Position numbers and translations under genes: made by a program. From positions 1 through 61,312 of IMG/VR virus record IMGVR_UViG_3300011115_000316: a DNA stretch of 61,312 nucleotides; one strand, given 5' to 3'. Positions 26,550 to 35,115 of the stretch are shown here, piece after piece. Under the pieces are notes generated by a model. It was given only the letters and a program-made list of their open reading frames with translations. It was not told the origin of the DNA and ran no database searches. Every line of letters starts with the position of its first letter. Position 1 is the stretch's first letter. The stretch is from a virus (taxonomy: Duplodnaviria; Caudoviricetes).

Positions 26550-26624
26550 TTAACTGGGGGTTCCGACAAATCCGTGCCGGTGCGGTTCACCGGTGGTTAG
26601 TTAGCTAGTTTAGGAGTTTTCAAG

Positions 26625-26996
26625 ATGATACTAAATTTAACGCAGCATCCGGCAAGCCCGGAGCAACTCTCTGCCGGTGTGGTGGACCTGCCCACCGAAA
26701 TCCGCGAAGCAGTGCAGGCACTGCTTACCGTCAACACCCTGCCAACCCGGCAGGAGATAGAGGCGCGGTGCGCCGACATCGCCATGCTGGCGGCAACGGC
26801 ATTTGACGCGCACCCGGTTAGCGCAATGATCGGCGGAGCACCCTGGATGATGAGCTGCCTGGAGGGGGCAGTGCTTGATCAGGGTATCCAGCCCGTGTAT
26901 GCATTCTCAGTGCGTGAGTCGGTCGAGCAGCCGCAGCCCGATGGCAGCGTGCGCAAAATCAACGTGTTTCGGCACGTTGGGTTTGTGTCCGCATGA
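26625..26996 (+). CDS. Csx20-like small protein, candidate ring nuclease
   Basis: NLTQH...EQ, AMIGG, GIQPVYAFSVRE...DGSVRKINVFRHVGF resembles the recalled Csx20 pattern. Confidence 0.55.
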   Translation: MILNLTQHPASPEQLSAGVVDLPTEIREAVQALLTVNTLPTRQEIEARCADIAMLAATAFDAHPVSAMIGGAPWMMSCLEGAVLDQGIQPVYAFSVRESVEQPQPDGSVRKINVFRHVGFVSA

Positions 26997-27043
26997 GGCG
27001 CACATCTGCGCTACGCCAGAGGAAGTAGTACAGGAGAAAGCGA

Positions 27044-27226
27044 ATGCAGATAAATGGAAAGAACCTCGAGGTCTTGCGCGTGGCACTTGAGCGCGCGCTG
27101 GCCGACGTACACACCGAGCGCCAGCACATCCCACCAGCCGATCAGGGTGACCTGATCGAGGAGCGCATCGCGTACCAAAACCTGCTGATCCGCGTGCGGG
27201 CAGCCATCGAGAGGGAGTCGAAATGA
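27044..27226 (+). CDS. Hypothetical protein
   Basis: AGGAG RBS. Confidence 0.65.
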   Translation: MQINGKNLEVLRVALERALADVHTERQHIPPADQGDLIEERIAYQNLLIRVRAAIERESK

Positions 27227-27417
27227 ACCAGCTAATTACCATCTTCCGGAACTTGTTCCGCAAGCCAACACCGTTGGAAGTCATCGCAACGGAGCTTGCC
27301 GAGGCACACCTCGATCGACTGCAGGCCGAGACAGCCGTTGAGTATGCGCAGTCGGTGGTGGCGTACAACGTAGCTCGGATTGATCGGCTTAACAGGCGTC
27401 GGGAGGAATACAAATGA
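27223..27417 (+). CDS. Hypothetical protein
   Basis: ATGA overlaps at both ends. Confidence 0.7.
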   Translation: MNQLITIFRNLFRKPTPLEVIATELAEAHLDRLQAETAVEYAQSVVAYNVARIDRLNRRREEYK

Positions 27418-27839
27418 CCGGCTTTGACTCAAAGCGCCAAGCATCGCTCGACACGCTCGACCACCTCCCCTATCAGGGGCGTGAGTCAAGGCCCGAGGAG
27501 CTTGCCCAACAGAACCCTTGGCTAGAAGCAATTGACAACGCCTTGATCTGCACAATGATGGGGACGGCCGAGAGTTTTTCTTGCGCAGACGAAGCGCTGG
27601 ACGCACTGATCAAATGGCACGTAGCCACTGCTCTCGACCCGGCGGTGTCGGCGGCTGCACAAGTCCTGATTGATCGTGGGGCAGCAGTGGCCGAGCCGCT
27701 GACGGATGATGAACTGCGCGAATGCTTTACCAGCACAAACACAGCCGAACCACTGTCGGAAGGATGGCCGGGTCTGGAGCGTTTTGCCCGGGCCATTGAA
27801 GCCGCGCATGACATCGGCATCAAGGGAAGCAAGACATGA
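27414..27839 (+). CDS. Hypothetical protein
   Basis: ATGA overlaps; PLTDDE...FARAIEAAH.I module. Confidence 0.7.
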   Translation: MTGFDSKRQASLDTLDHLPYQGRESRPEELAQQNPWLEAIDNALICTMMGTAESFSCADEALDALIKWHVATALDPAVSAAAQVLIDRGAAVAEPLTDDELRECFTSTNTAEPLSEGWPGLERFARAIEAAHDIGIKGSKT

Positions 27840-28384
27840 AAACAACACTGAATCAAATCAGGGCGCACAGCCCGTGCCCAGATGGCTGGCGCAAGCTGCT
27901 GGCGCATCTCGGCAAGTCGCAGGCCGACGACGAGCCGCTGGCAATCACAACCATTCTTGATAGCAACGGGTTGGACGATGCACTGTGGTGCCTGCGTGCA
28001 GTTAAGGGCCATGACAGGGAGATCAGACTCTACGCAGTGTGGTGCGCAAGACAAGTGCAACATTTGATGACTGACCCGCGCAGCATTGCGGCTCTGGATG
28101 TTGCGGAGCGGTTTGCAACGGGTGCGGCCACGCAAGTTGAACTGACAGCGGCATGGGACGAAACAAGGGCTGCGACAGGGTTTGCGGCAGAGGATGCGGC
28201 AAGGGCTACGGCAAGGTTTGCGGCAGAGGATGCGGCAGGGGCTGCGGCAGGGGTTGCGGCATGGGCTACGGCAGAGGATGCGGCAAGGGCTACGGCATGG
28301 GCTACGGCAGGGGTTGAGGCAGGGGTTGCGGCAAGGGATGCACAGAAAATAAAGTTGCGTGAAATCTGTGGGGGCGCAAAATGA
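27836..28384 (+). CDS. Hypothetical protein with Ala-rich repeats
   Basis: PC.DGW.KLL...SNGLDDALW; AA.xA repeats encoded by short tandem units. Confidence 0.75.
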   Translation: MKTTLNQIRAHSPCPDGWRKLLAHLGKSQADDEPLAITTILDSNGLDDALWCLRAVKGHDREIRLYAVWCARQVQHLMTDPRSIAALDVAERFATGAATQVELTAAWDETRAATGFAAEDAARATARFAAEDAAGAAAGVAAWATAEDAARATAWATAGVEAGVAARDAQKIKLREICGGAK

Positions 28385-28509
28385 CGATGCGCCAACGAAG
28401 GAAACAGTTTTGGTGGACATGGCACATGGAGGGCGCTCCACCGTACCCGAGTTCGCCCCGGTACTTTGAGCCGGGCGTGGGCAGGATCAAACATCAAGGA
28501 AAGACATGA
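28381..28509 (+). CDS. Small hypothetical protein (42 aa)
   Basis: ATGA overlaps with both neighbours; below the ORF-track cut-off. Confidence 0.5.
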   Translation: MTMRQRRKQFWWTWHMEGAPPYPSSPRYFEPGVGRIKHQGKT

Positions 28510-28733
28510 CCAACCTAATCAGGCTACCGCCAGCTACCACAATGACCGCACAACAGGCGCTGGAGTCTGCGCTGGTAGATGCGGAAGCCAAGCACCTACA
28601 AGATGTGCTGATCTGTGGCTACGACGAGGACGGGAACCTGTACATCAGGTCGTCCCGGCTTAACTGCGCCGAAGCATTTTTTCTTGCAAACAAAGCTGCC
28701 GTCTGGGCGCAACACGGAGGGACGTTTGAATGA
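28506..28733 (+). CDS. Hypothetical protein
   Basis: AAGGA RBS, ATGA overlap. Confidence 0.7.
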   Translation: MTNLIRLPPATTMTAQQALESALVDAEAKHLQDVLICGYDEDGNLYIRSSRLNCAEAFFLANKAAVWAQHGGTFE

Positions 28734-28999
28734 CTGACATCACTGAACGCTTGAGGCGCATCTACGTGAGCGAAGGCGCGAACTACGTGCAAGAGGCGGC
28801 AGACTTGATTGACAAGCTGCGTGCAGAGCGGGATCGGTTGGTAAACGACGTTCACTCTTGCCACAACAACTGCACTCGCGCAGGGTGCGTGAATAGGGTG
28901 TTGCGGGAAGCGCTGGAAAGCATCAAACACGACAGCGATTTTTTCAGCGTAAGCCATTTGCGGAGTCTGGCGAAAATTGCACTGGAGAAAACGAAATGA
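28730..28999 (+). CDS. Hypothetical protein
   Basis: DITERLR...EAADLI..LR pattern. Confidence 0.7.
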   Translation: MTDITERLRRIYVSEGANYVQEAADLIDKLRAERDRLVNDVHSCHNNCTRAGCVNRVLREALESIKHDSDFFSVSHLRSLAKIALEKTK

Positions 29000-29694
29000 C
29001 AACGCAAGCAATCAGGGACGCCATGAGTCTGGTTGTTGATGGAGGACTAGACCCATGCGAGCTACAGTTTTTTGACATTTCCAACGCAATGGATGACCAT
29101 GCGTTTTATGATCCGCTGATACAGTGCCGACCACCGTTTGACAAGTGCCTTGTGGTGTACAGAGGGCCATCCAGAAACCACGCTGCTTACGACATGATGA
29201 TGTTTGTCAATGGCACAGACCCGGAGGAAGGCGTTGTTGTCACGCTCTGGAAAGGCCCCTATGGGCAAAGACCCACACACTACCCAATGCTTGTTTACAT
29301 CGTAGACGGTGATATGGTGCGGTATGGGCCAGCAGATGAAAATGAACAGATGGACGAGGATGTTGCGAAAGCAATTCTTGGCTTGCTATCCAAGTGGTAC
29401 GAATCACTGTCTAGACCTTGCGAGTTGCACACTCCAACGTTACCCAAAACGTGGACAAACCAGCGCAAGATTGCAATGGGTAAAACGCCCACTTACGACT
29501 GGCATACGGTCATTATTGGCCCGAAACAGTCCAAGTCAGAGCCACAAGGCGGCTCCCATGCATCACCAAGATTGCACGACAGACGGGGCCACCTCCGCAG
29601 ACTACGCAACGGTAAAAACGTATGGGTTCTGCCCTGCAAGGTTGGCAATGCGTCCCTTGGGAGTGTGTTTAAAGATTACGAGGTGGCAGCATGA
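28996..29694 (+). CDS. Hypothetical protein
   Basis: C-terminal HASPRLH.RRGH.R...WV...VG motif. Confidence 0.75.
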   Translation: MTTQAIRDAMSLVVDGGLDPCELQFFDISNAMDDHAFYDPLIQCRPPFDKCLVVYRGPSRNHAAYDMMMFVNGTDPEEGVVVTLWKGPYGQRPTHYPMLVYIVDGDMVRYGPADENEQMDEDVAKAILGLLSKWYESLSRPCELHTPTLPKTWTNQRKIAMGKTPTYDWHTVIIGPKQSKSEPQGGSHASPRLHDRRGHLRRLRNGKNVWVLPCKVGNASLGSVFKDYEVAA

Positions 29695-29960
29695 GTGGAG
29701 GATCATTTAATTACGCATACGCACGTATGCATGAGTTTGCCGACGATCTGCGGTACATGCTGTCTCAGCAGGGGCAAGTAGTCGCTGGCTGGAAAGTAGG
29801 CACTTGGGAGCCGCAGGTAGCAGCAAAACTTGCGGAGATTGCTGCGCTGGTTGACTACGCAGCGAAGCTGGCAAAGGAAGCCGAATGGCTGTACTCTGGC
29901 GACACCGGCGAGGATACTTTTATGGGACGGGTAAAAAAGATTGAGGAGAAGAAACCATGA
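29691..29960 (+). CDS. Hypothetical protein
   Basis: MSGGSFNY...EW..SGD.GED. Confidence 0.75.
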   Translation: MSGGSFNYAYARMHEFADDLRYMLSQQGQVVAGWKVGTWEPQVAAKLAEIAALVDYAAKLAKEAEWLYSGDTGEDTFMGRVKKIEEKKP

Positions 29961-30160
29961 GTGCATTCGGGCTAATTGCCAGCAACCTGACTGCCACAAA
30001 AGACATGAACAACCTGCAAAGTAACATGAACCGAAAGCGGAAACTGTGTTGGGCTTGCCAGAAAGATAAATCTCCGTTGGGTGGGCACCAGTCCCTGCAA
30101 CCGGGCTTCTTCAAGTTTGTTTGCAAGGACTGCGTAAAACTGAAGGAAAAGAAGCCATGA
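29957..30160 (+). CDS. Small Zn-finger protein
   Basis: CWAC and CKDC. Confidence 0.7.
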   Translation: MSAFGLIASNLTATKDMNNLQSNMNRKRKLCWACQKDKSPLGGHQSLQPGFFKFVCKDCVKLKEKKP

Positions 30161-30237
30161 GCCGCTTTCGCCTGCTTGCATCGCACCTGGAATACTTGCT
30201 AGCAAGAGGCGCAGACTACACAAATAAAGGAATCGAA

Positions 30238-30384
30238 ATGAATATGCGAGAAAGAATCCGGCATCTTGCCGAGCAAGACGGAATCACGCTTGAAGAAGCG
30301 GAAGATATCCTCCTAGACGCCGCAGAGTCGGAGAGCGACCGCCGGCGGGATGAAGCAGTTGAAGCAAAGGAGAAGAAAGCATGA
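30238..30384 (+). CDS. Small acidic protein (in-frame ATG at 30157 also possible)
   Basis: AAGGA RBS. Confidence 0.55.
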   Translation: MNMRERIRHLAEQDGITLEEAEDILLDAAESESDRRRDEAVEAKEKKA

Positions 30385-30578
30385 GCTACGAGATATACGA
30401 TATCGGAAAGCGTAAACCGTGGTACGAACGCCTTAAGCCGAAACGCCCGTGGGTAGGGCTGACGGATGATGAGATAAAAGAAATCATTGGGGGCTGGGGG
30501 GATACGCCGATCAAGGGCTACACCCGCAAGTTTATCGACCGGCTTGAAGCCAAACTCAAGGAGAAGAATCATGGCTAA
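30381..30578 (+). CDS. Hypothetical protein
   Basis: WVGLTDDEI...EAKLKEKN module. Confidence 0.7.
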   Translation: MSYEIYDIGKRKPWYERLKPKRPWVGLTDDEIKEIIGGWGDTPIKGYTRKFIDRLEAKLKEKNHG

Positions 30579-30768
30579 ACTGCCGTACACATCTGAACTC
30601 ACGGAAGCTAGTATTACACAGGCACTGAAAGAGATTCGGCAGATGCTGGAGCAGTCCAATGAACCGATAAAGCTGAAGCCGACTAAGCTGCTTATTCGAC
30701 CCGCTGACTTGGCCGAGCTTGGCCTGACGGTGGATGATGTAGTGAAGATGATCAGGGACAACCGATGA
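30571..30768 (+). CDS. Hypothetical protein
   Basis: AGGAG RBS. Confidence 0.6.
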   Translation: MAKLPYTSELTEASITQALKEIRQMLEQSNEPIKLKPTKLLIRPADLAELGLTVDDVVKMIRDNR

Positions 30769-30944
30769 AGTGCCCAACGTGCAACAGGTACGCAGAAGTT
30801 TTGGAAACTCGGGCAAACCCGGACGGGGTGCGCCGTCGTTACGAGTGCGCCAACCTGCACAGGTTCACAACCCAAGAAACTTTGATCCCCACTCCGGGGA
30901 TCAGAGAACAAATAGAAAAAGCCAAGCATGATAAAGCCACATAG
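30765..30944 (+). CDS. NrdR-like zinc-ribbon protein (59 aa)
   Basis: MKCPTC...VLETR...RRRYEC...RFTT.E; manual translation. Confidence 0.7.
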   Translation: MKCPTCNRYAEVLETRANPDGVRRRYECANLHRFTTQETLIPTPGIREQIEKAKHDKAT

Positions 30945-31239
30945 AGTTAAGGTCAGCCACGCTGTCCTGACGCAAACGATGCAGCTTTTGATGCAAGGAA
31001 GAGTGACGGCACAACAACTCAGTAGCCATACTGGTGTACACTTGGTCACAGCCCAAGAGTGGCTGCGGGCGCTCAAAGCCGGGGGCGTTATATATGTCAT
31101 GGATTGGCTACCGGACTCGCTTGGGCGAGACGCAACCCCCGTCTATGGCATAGGCAACTTCCCCAACCGGCCTCGGGCCAAGATGACCCGAGCAGAGATA
31201 TCGAAACGATACAGAGAACGACAGAAGGAGAAGCAATGA
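30928..31239 (+). CDS. Putative HTH DNA-binding protein
   Basis: TAQQLSSHTGVHLVTAQEWLRAL. Confidence 0.6.
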   Translation: MIKPHRVKVSHAVLTQTMQLLMQGRVTAQQLSSHTGVHLVTAQEWLRALKAGGVIYVMDWLPDSLGRDATPVYGIGNFPNRPRAKMTRAEISKRYRERQKEKQ

Positions 31240-31469
31240 GTGAGCTTGCAAGTGACCGCCAAGTGGCGGGGACGCACTACCGAGACATGGGTGTGCAGCC
31301 GTGGGATGTGGTGGACACATGGCCCCGTGAACAGCAGATCGGCTACTACCGCGGAGGTGCGCTCAAGTACATCATGCGGATGGGTGCTAAAGACCAGAAC
31401 GCGCAGGAGATTGCCAAGGGGCAGCACTACATGGAGAAGCTGTTGGAAGTCCTGCGCGAAGAGTTTTGA
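31236..31469 (+). CDS. DUF3310-family protein
   Basis: QVAGTHY...QPWD...G.ALKYI.R...K..HY. Confidence 0.8.
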   Translation: MSELASDRQVAGTHYRDMGVQPWDVVDTWPREQQIGYYRGGALKYIMRMGAKDQNAQEIAKGQHYMEKLLEVLREEF

Positions 31470-31637
31470 GTCGGGCCATCGATGTAGTCTAGACAACCGC
31501 CTTGTATATGTGGCCCTAGATTGCGACAGTGCGTAGCCCGACAGCAGTTGTTTGACGCACTGTCACTCCCCCACCACGAACCGAGGGGGCGTGGAATCTA
31601 CATTCCCCCCTCACCTATTAACCCACTGGAGTCATCT

Positions 31638-31952
31638 ATGGCAAACACGCCAGAGGCGCTTGTGAAGAAGCGCATTCGAAAGATCCTTGAAGACAGCCAC
31701 ACGTACTTTGCTATGCCCATCGGCACAGGCTACGGCAACAGCGGAGTGCCTGACTTCCTTGTCTGCAGCCAAGGCAGTTTCATCGCAATAGAAGCCAAGG
31801 CTGGCAAGGGCAAGACCACCGCGCTGCAAGAGTCGCACCTTGCAAAGATTCGAGCGGCCGGCGGCGTAGCCGTCGTGATCAACGAAGCAAACATCCACGA
31901 ACTAAGAGGAATCCTTAATGAGCGCACCTTACACAACACTGCTGACAATTGA
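31638..31952 (+). CDS. VRR-NUC nuclease
   Basis: PE..VK, GVPD...IEAKA...TALQ...AGG. Confidence 0.85.
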   Translation: MANTPEALVKKRIRKILEDSHTYFAMPIGTGYGNSGVPDFLVCSQGSFIAIEAKAGKGKTTALQESHLAKIRAAGGVAVVINEANIHELRGILNERTLHNTADN

Positions 31953-33903
31953 TTTTGAAACACGCTGGGACAGCAAGGAGTACACGCTGTCCAAAATGAC
32001 CCCGGAGGAGTACATCCGTGACATACGGTTCAAGGCATTCGGAGTCTGTATACGCGAGTACGGAAGCAGTGCAGTCACTCAGTGGTATGGAAGCGATGCG
32101 CTTCCTCAAGTCCTATCGACCTACGACTGGACTAAGACAGCAGTCCTTGCGCATAACGCCCAATTCGATGTTTCGATTCTCGAATGGGTATACGGAGTAC
32201 ACCCCTGCTTCATCTTCGATTCGCTATCGATGGCACGCGCTCTCCGAGGCGTTGAGGTTGGCAACAGTCTCGCCAAACTTGCGGCAGATTTTGGCCTTCC
32301 CCCCAAAGGGCGAGCCGTTTATTCGACAGATGGACGCGCTGACATCGGCCCCGCGATTGAGAAAGAGTTGGCGGAGTACTGCAAGCACGATGTATTCCTG
32401 TGCGAGGAGATCTTCAAGCGCCTCGTTAAAGGCTACCCTGCGAAGGAACTACGGCTCATCGATATGACGATGAAGATGTACACACGCCCGATGCTGGAGC
32501 TTGATGAGGACATGCTGTTCAACGCACTGCATGAGGAGCGTGAGGCACGCGAAGCGCTGCTCGAGCGGCTGCAGATAGCGGACGCTGATCTGGCAAGCAA
32601 TGCCCGTTTCGCGGAACTCCTGCGCAAGGTAGGTGTGGAGCCGCCGACCAAGAAGAAGCAGCCCACGGTCAAGACGCCCGAGCCAGTCGGAGACAACTAT
32701 GCGTTCGCCAAGACCGACGCCATGTTCCAAGCGATGCTCAACGGCGACAACGAAGATGTGCGCCAGCTATGCGAGGCGCGGCTCAAGGTCAAGTCCACAA
32801 CCGAGCGCACACGGGCGCAGCGGTTCCTAGACATTGCAGGCCGGGGCACACTGCCGGTACCACTGAGCTACTACGGTGCCGCCACGGGGCGCTGGACGGC
32901 CAGCAAGGGCAGCGCCATCAACATGCAGAACCTCAAGCGTGGGAGCTTCCTGCGCACGGCAATCATGGCCCCTGAGAAGCACGTGTGCGTGGTGGGTGAC
33001 CTGTCGCAGATTGAACCCAGAGTCCTCGCATGGCTGGCAGACTACGACGACATGCTGGACATCTTCCGTGCAGGCGGTGACCCCTACGCACAGTTTGGTG
33101 CACAGATGTTCAACATCCCTGACTTGAGTAAAGAGAGCCATCCGGACTTGCGGCAGTCGGCCAAGAGCGCGTTGCTGGGGGCAGGGTACGGTCTTGGCTG
33201 GGCATCGTTCGCCGCACAACTGCTCGTCGGCTTCCTCGGGGCCCCGCCGCAGCGTTACGACAAGGCGTTCGCCAAGACGCTGGGCGTGACGGGCGACTAC
33301 ATCGAGCGCTTCCTTGAGTGGGACGAAAACGTAGTCAAGATGAACGAGATCCCGCACATCTGTACCGCGCAGGAGCTACTGATCCACTGCGTGGCAGCCA
33401 AGAAGATCGTCGACATCTATCGTGCCACGGCGCACGCTGTTGTGGGGTTCTGGGCACTGTGCTCCAGCCTGATCCAGCGCTCGCTGGCGGACGGTGAGGA
33501 GTACCGACACAAGTGCCTGCTTTTCAGAAAAGAAGAAATAGTTTTGCCCAGCGGCATGAGTCTGCTGTATCCTAACCTCCGTCAGCAGAAAGACAAAGAC
33601 GGTAGGAGCCAGTGGGTATACGGGCCAGACGCTACCAAGATCTATGCGGGCAAGATTACGAACAACGTCACACAAGGGACAGCCCGCGTGGTGATGACAG
33701 ACGGGATGCTACGGGTGGCTAAACGCTACCCTGTGGTGGGGACAGTGCATGACGAGTTGATCGCCATTGCACCGGAGAGAGGCGCGCAAGACGCGCTTAA
33801 ATGGGTGCTCGCGCAGATGACGCTCGAGCCGAGTTACATGCCGGGGATTCCTCTGGCCGCTGCTGGTGGCGCTCACTATAGGTACGGACTAGCAAAGAAG
33901 TAG
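31918..33903 (+). CDS. polA: Family A DNA polymerase with 3'-5' exonuclease
   Basis: IDFET, HNAQFD, YCKHD; TGR, DLSQIEPR, RQSAKSALLGAGYG, VHDE. Confidence 0.92.
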   Translation: MSAPYTTLLTIDFETRWDSKEYTLSKMTPEEYIRDIRFKAFGVCIREYGSSAVTQWYGSDALPQVLSTYDWTKTAVLAHNAQFDVSILEWVYGVHPCFIFDSLSMARALRGVEVGNSLAKLAADFGLPPKGRAVYSTDGRADIGPAIEKELAEYCKHDVFLCEEIFKRLVKGYPAKELRLIDMTMKMYTRPMLELDEDMLFNALHEEREAREALLERLQIADADLASNARFAELLRKVGVEPPTKKKQPTVKTPEPVGDNYAFAKTDAMFQAMLNGDNEDVRQLCEARLKVKSTTERTRAQRFLDIAGRGTLPVPLSYYGAATGRWTASKGSAINMQNLKRGSFLRTAIMAPEKHVCVVGDLSQIEPRVLAWLADYDDMLDIFRAGGDPYAQFGAQMFNIPDLSKESHPDLRQSAKSALLGAGYGLGWASFAAQLLVGFLGAPPQRYDKAFAKTLGVTGDYIERFLEWDENVVKMNEIPHICTAQELLIHCVAAKKIVDIYRATAHAVVGFWALCSSLIQRSLADGEEYRHKCLLFRKEEIVLPSGMSLLYPNLRQQKDKDGRSQWVYGPDATKIYAGKITNNVTQGTARVVMTDGMLRVAKRYPVVGTVHDELIAIAPERGAQDALKWVLAQMTLEPSYMPGIPLAAAGGAHYRYGLAKK

Positions 33904-33911
33904 GGAACATC

Positions 33912-34202
33912 ATGAACGCAATTCCAACGGCAGTTAAGGTAGGCAAGCAGCCCTACCGAATACAGTACAAGCAACGAACACCCAAGTCCATGTACGGCAG
34001 CATCTGGTATGACCGTAAGCTCATTGAGGTGTTCAAGAACGAAGACCCGGCGCGTGAACGCAACACGTTCTGGCACGAGTTGACACACGCCATCCTGCAC
34101 GAGATGGGCCATGAACTTAGCCGCAGCGAGAAGTTTGTGACTGAGTTTGCTGACAAGCTCAGCGGTGCGGTGGACAGCGCGAGGTTCGACAAAAATGACT
34201 GA
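33912..34202 (+). CDS. Small HExxH metallopeptidase-like protein
   Basis: TFWHELTHAIL. Confidence 0.65.
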   Translation: MNAIPTAVKVGKQPYRIQYKQRTPKSMYGSIWYDRKLIEVFKNEDPARERNTFWHELTHAILHEMGHELSRSEKFVTEFADKLSGAVDSARFDKND

Positions 34203-34866
34203 GCAGCAAGTCAGGTGGAGCCATAGCTCCCTCAAAGATTATGAAGGCTGTGCTCGGCGCTACCATGAAGTGAAGGTGCTCAAGAGATATCCGTTTCAGG
34301 AGACGGATGCAACGCGCTACGGCGTGCAGGTACACGAGGCCATCGAGCACTACATCAAAGACGGCAAACCAATCCCGCCACAGTACGCGCAGTTCCAGCC
34401 GGTGGTGGACGCCATGATGCATAAGACAGGGCGGGTGCTGGCAGAGCACGAGATGGCGCTGACTACAAAGCTGGAGCCTTGTGCGTGGAACTCCAAGCAA
34501 GCATGGGTACGTGGCATCGCGGACATCCTGATTGTGGACGACGACAACTTGACCGCATGGGTGGGCGACTGGAAGACGGGCGGCAACCGCTACCCGGATC
34601 GAGACCAGTTGGTGCTGATGTCGATCATGACCTTCGCGCACTTCCCACACATCCGCAAAGTCAACAGCGCGTTGCTGTTCATCGTGAAGAACGATATGGT
34701 CAAGATGCAGATGCAGCGTGATCAAGCTGACGCTGCATGGTGGAAGTACCGAGAGCGAATCGCACGGCTGGAAGCATCGTTTGCAAACAACGTATGGAAC
34801 CCAACACAGACGCCGCTATGCAAGTGGTGTCAGGTGACCGGGTGTGAATTTAACCCCAAGCATTAG
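34195..34866 (+). CDS. PD-(D/E)XK (Cas4/RecB-like) exonuclease
   Basis: WSHS...C, G..VH, D...DWKTG, C-terminal CKWC...C. Confidence 0.85.
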   Translation: MTEQQVRWSHSSLKDYEGCARRYHEVKVLKRYPFQETDATRYGVQVHEAIEHYIKDGKPIPPQYAQFQPVVDAMMHKTGRVLAEHEMALTTKLEPCAWNSKQAWVRGIADILIVDDDNLTAWVGDWKTGGNRYPDRDQLVLMSIMTFAHFPHIRKVNSALLFIVKNDMVKMQMQRDQADAAWWKYRERIARLEASFANNVWNPTQTPLCKWCQVTGCEFNPKH

Positions 34867-34875
34867 GAGAACGAC

Positions 34876-35115
34876 ATGACCCAAGTGAACGGCAAGCGTG
34901 ACTACAAACACGCATACAAACTGCAGAAGAAAACCGGAGAGACGCAAGACCAACTCGAGCGTCAGAAGGCTCGGGGGATCTACGACAAACAGAACGTAGA
35001 CCGAGCCGGCAAAGACATCGACCACATCAAGCCCATGCGGGCCGGCGGCAAGACTGCCCCCGGCAACCTGCGGCTGCGTGGGAAGAAGGCTAACGAAGCG
35101 GACAACGGCAAGTGA
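34876..35115 (+). CDS. Small HNH-motif protein
   Basis: GKDIDHIKP...GG....NLR......N. Confidence 0.7.
   Translation: MTQVNGKRDYKHAYKLQKKTGETQDQLERQKARGIYDKQNVDRAGKDIDHIKPMRAGGKTAPGNLRLRGKKANEADNGK

Larger units (their letters stand above)
20676..26624 (+). repeat. Dispersed modular intergenic repeats (palindrome A and hairpin/RBS block B) delimiting early genes
   Basis: A (ACTCGGGRGAAC-G-GTTCYCCCGAS) at 20676 (variant), 21101, 21230, 21874, 22307, 23289, 23505 (reversed), 24545, degenerate at 23106 and 26553; B (CCGTGCCGGTGCGGTTCACCGG) at 22335, 23128, 24573, 25099, 26572. Confidence 0.95.

Noticed and set aside
21101-26624. Palindromic repeats as a CRISPR array
   Set aside because: Spacing is irregular (about 100-2000 bp) and filled by genes rather than 30-40-nt spacers; no cas operon
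22305-26624. Canonical integron
   Set aside because: No tyrosine recombinase recognised; ends only partly match RYYYAAC/GTTRRRY and L boxes are unclear, so it is kept only as an analogy
34195-34866. Cas4 as evidence of a CRISPR system
   Set aside because: Stand-alone Cas4/RecB-like nucleases are routine in phage replication modules
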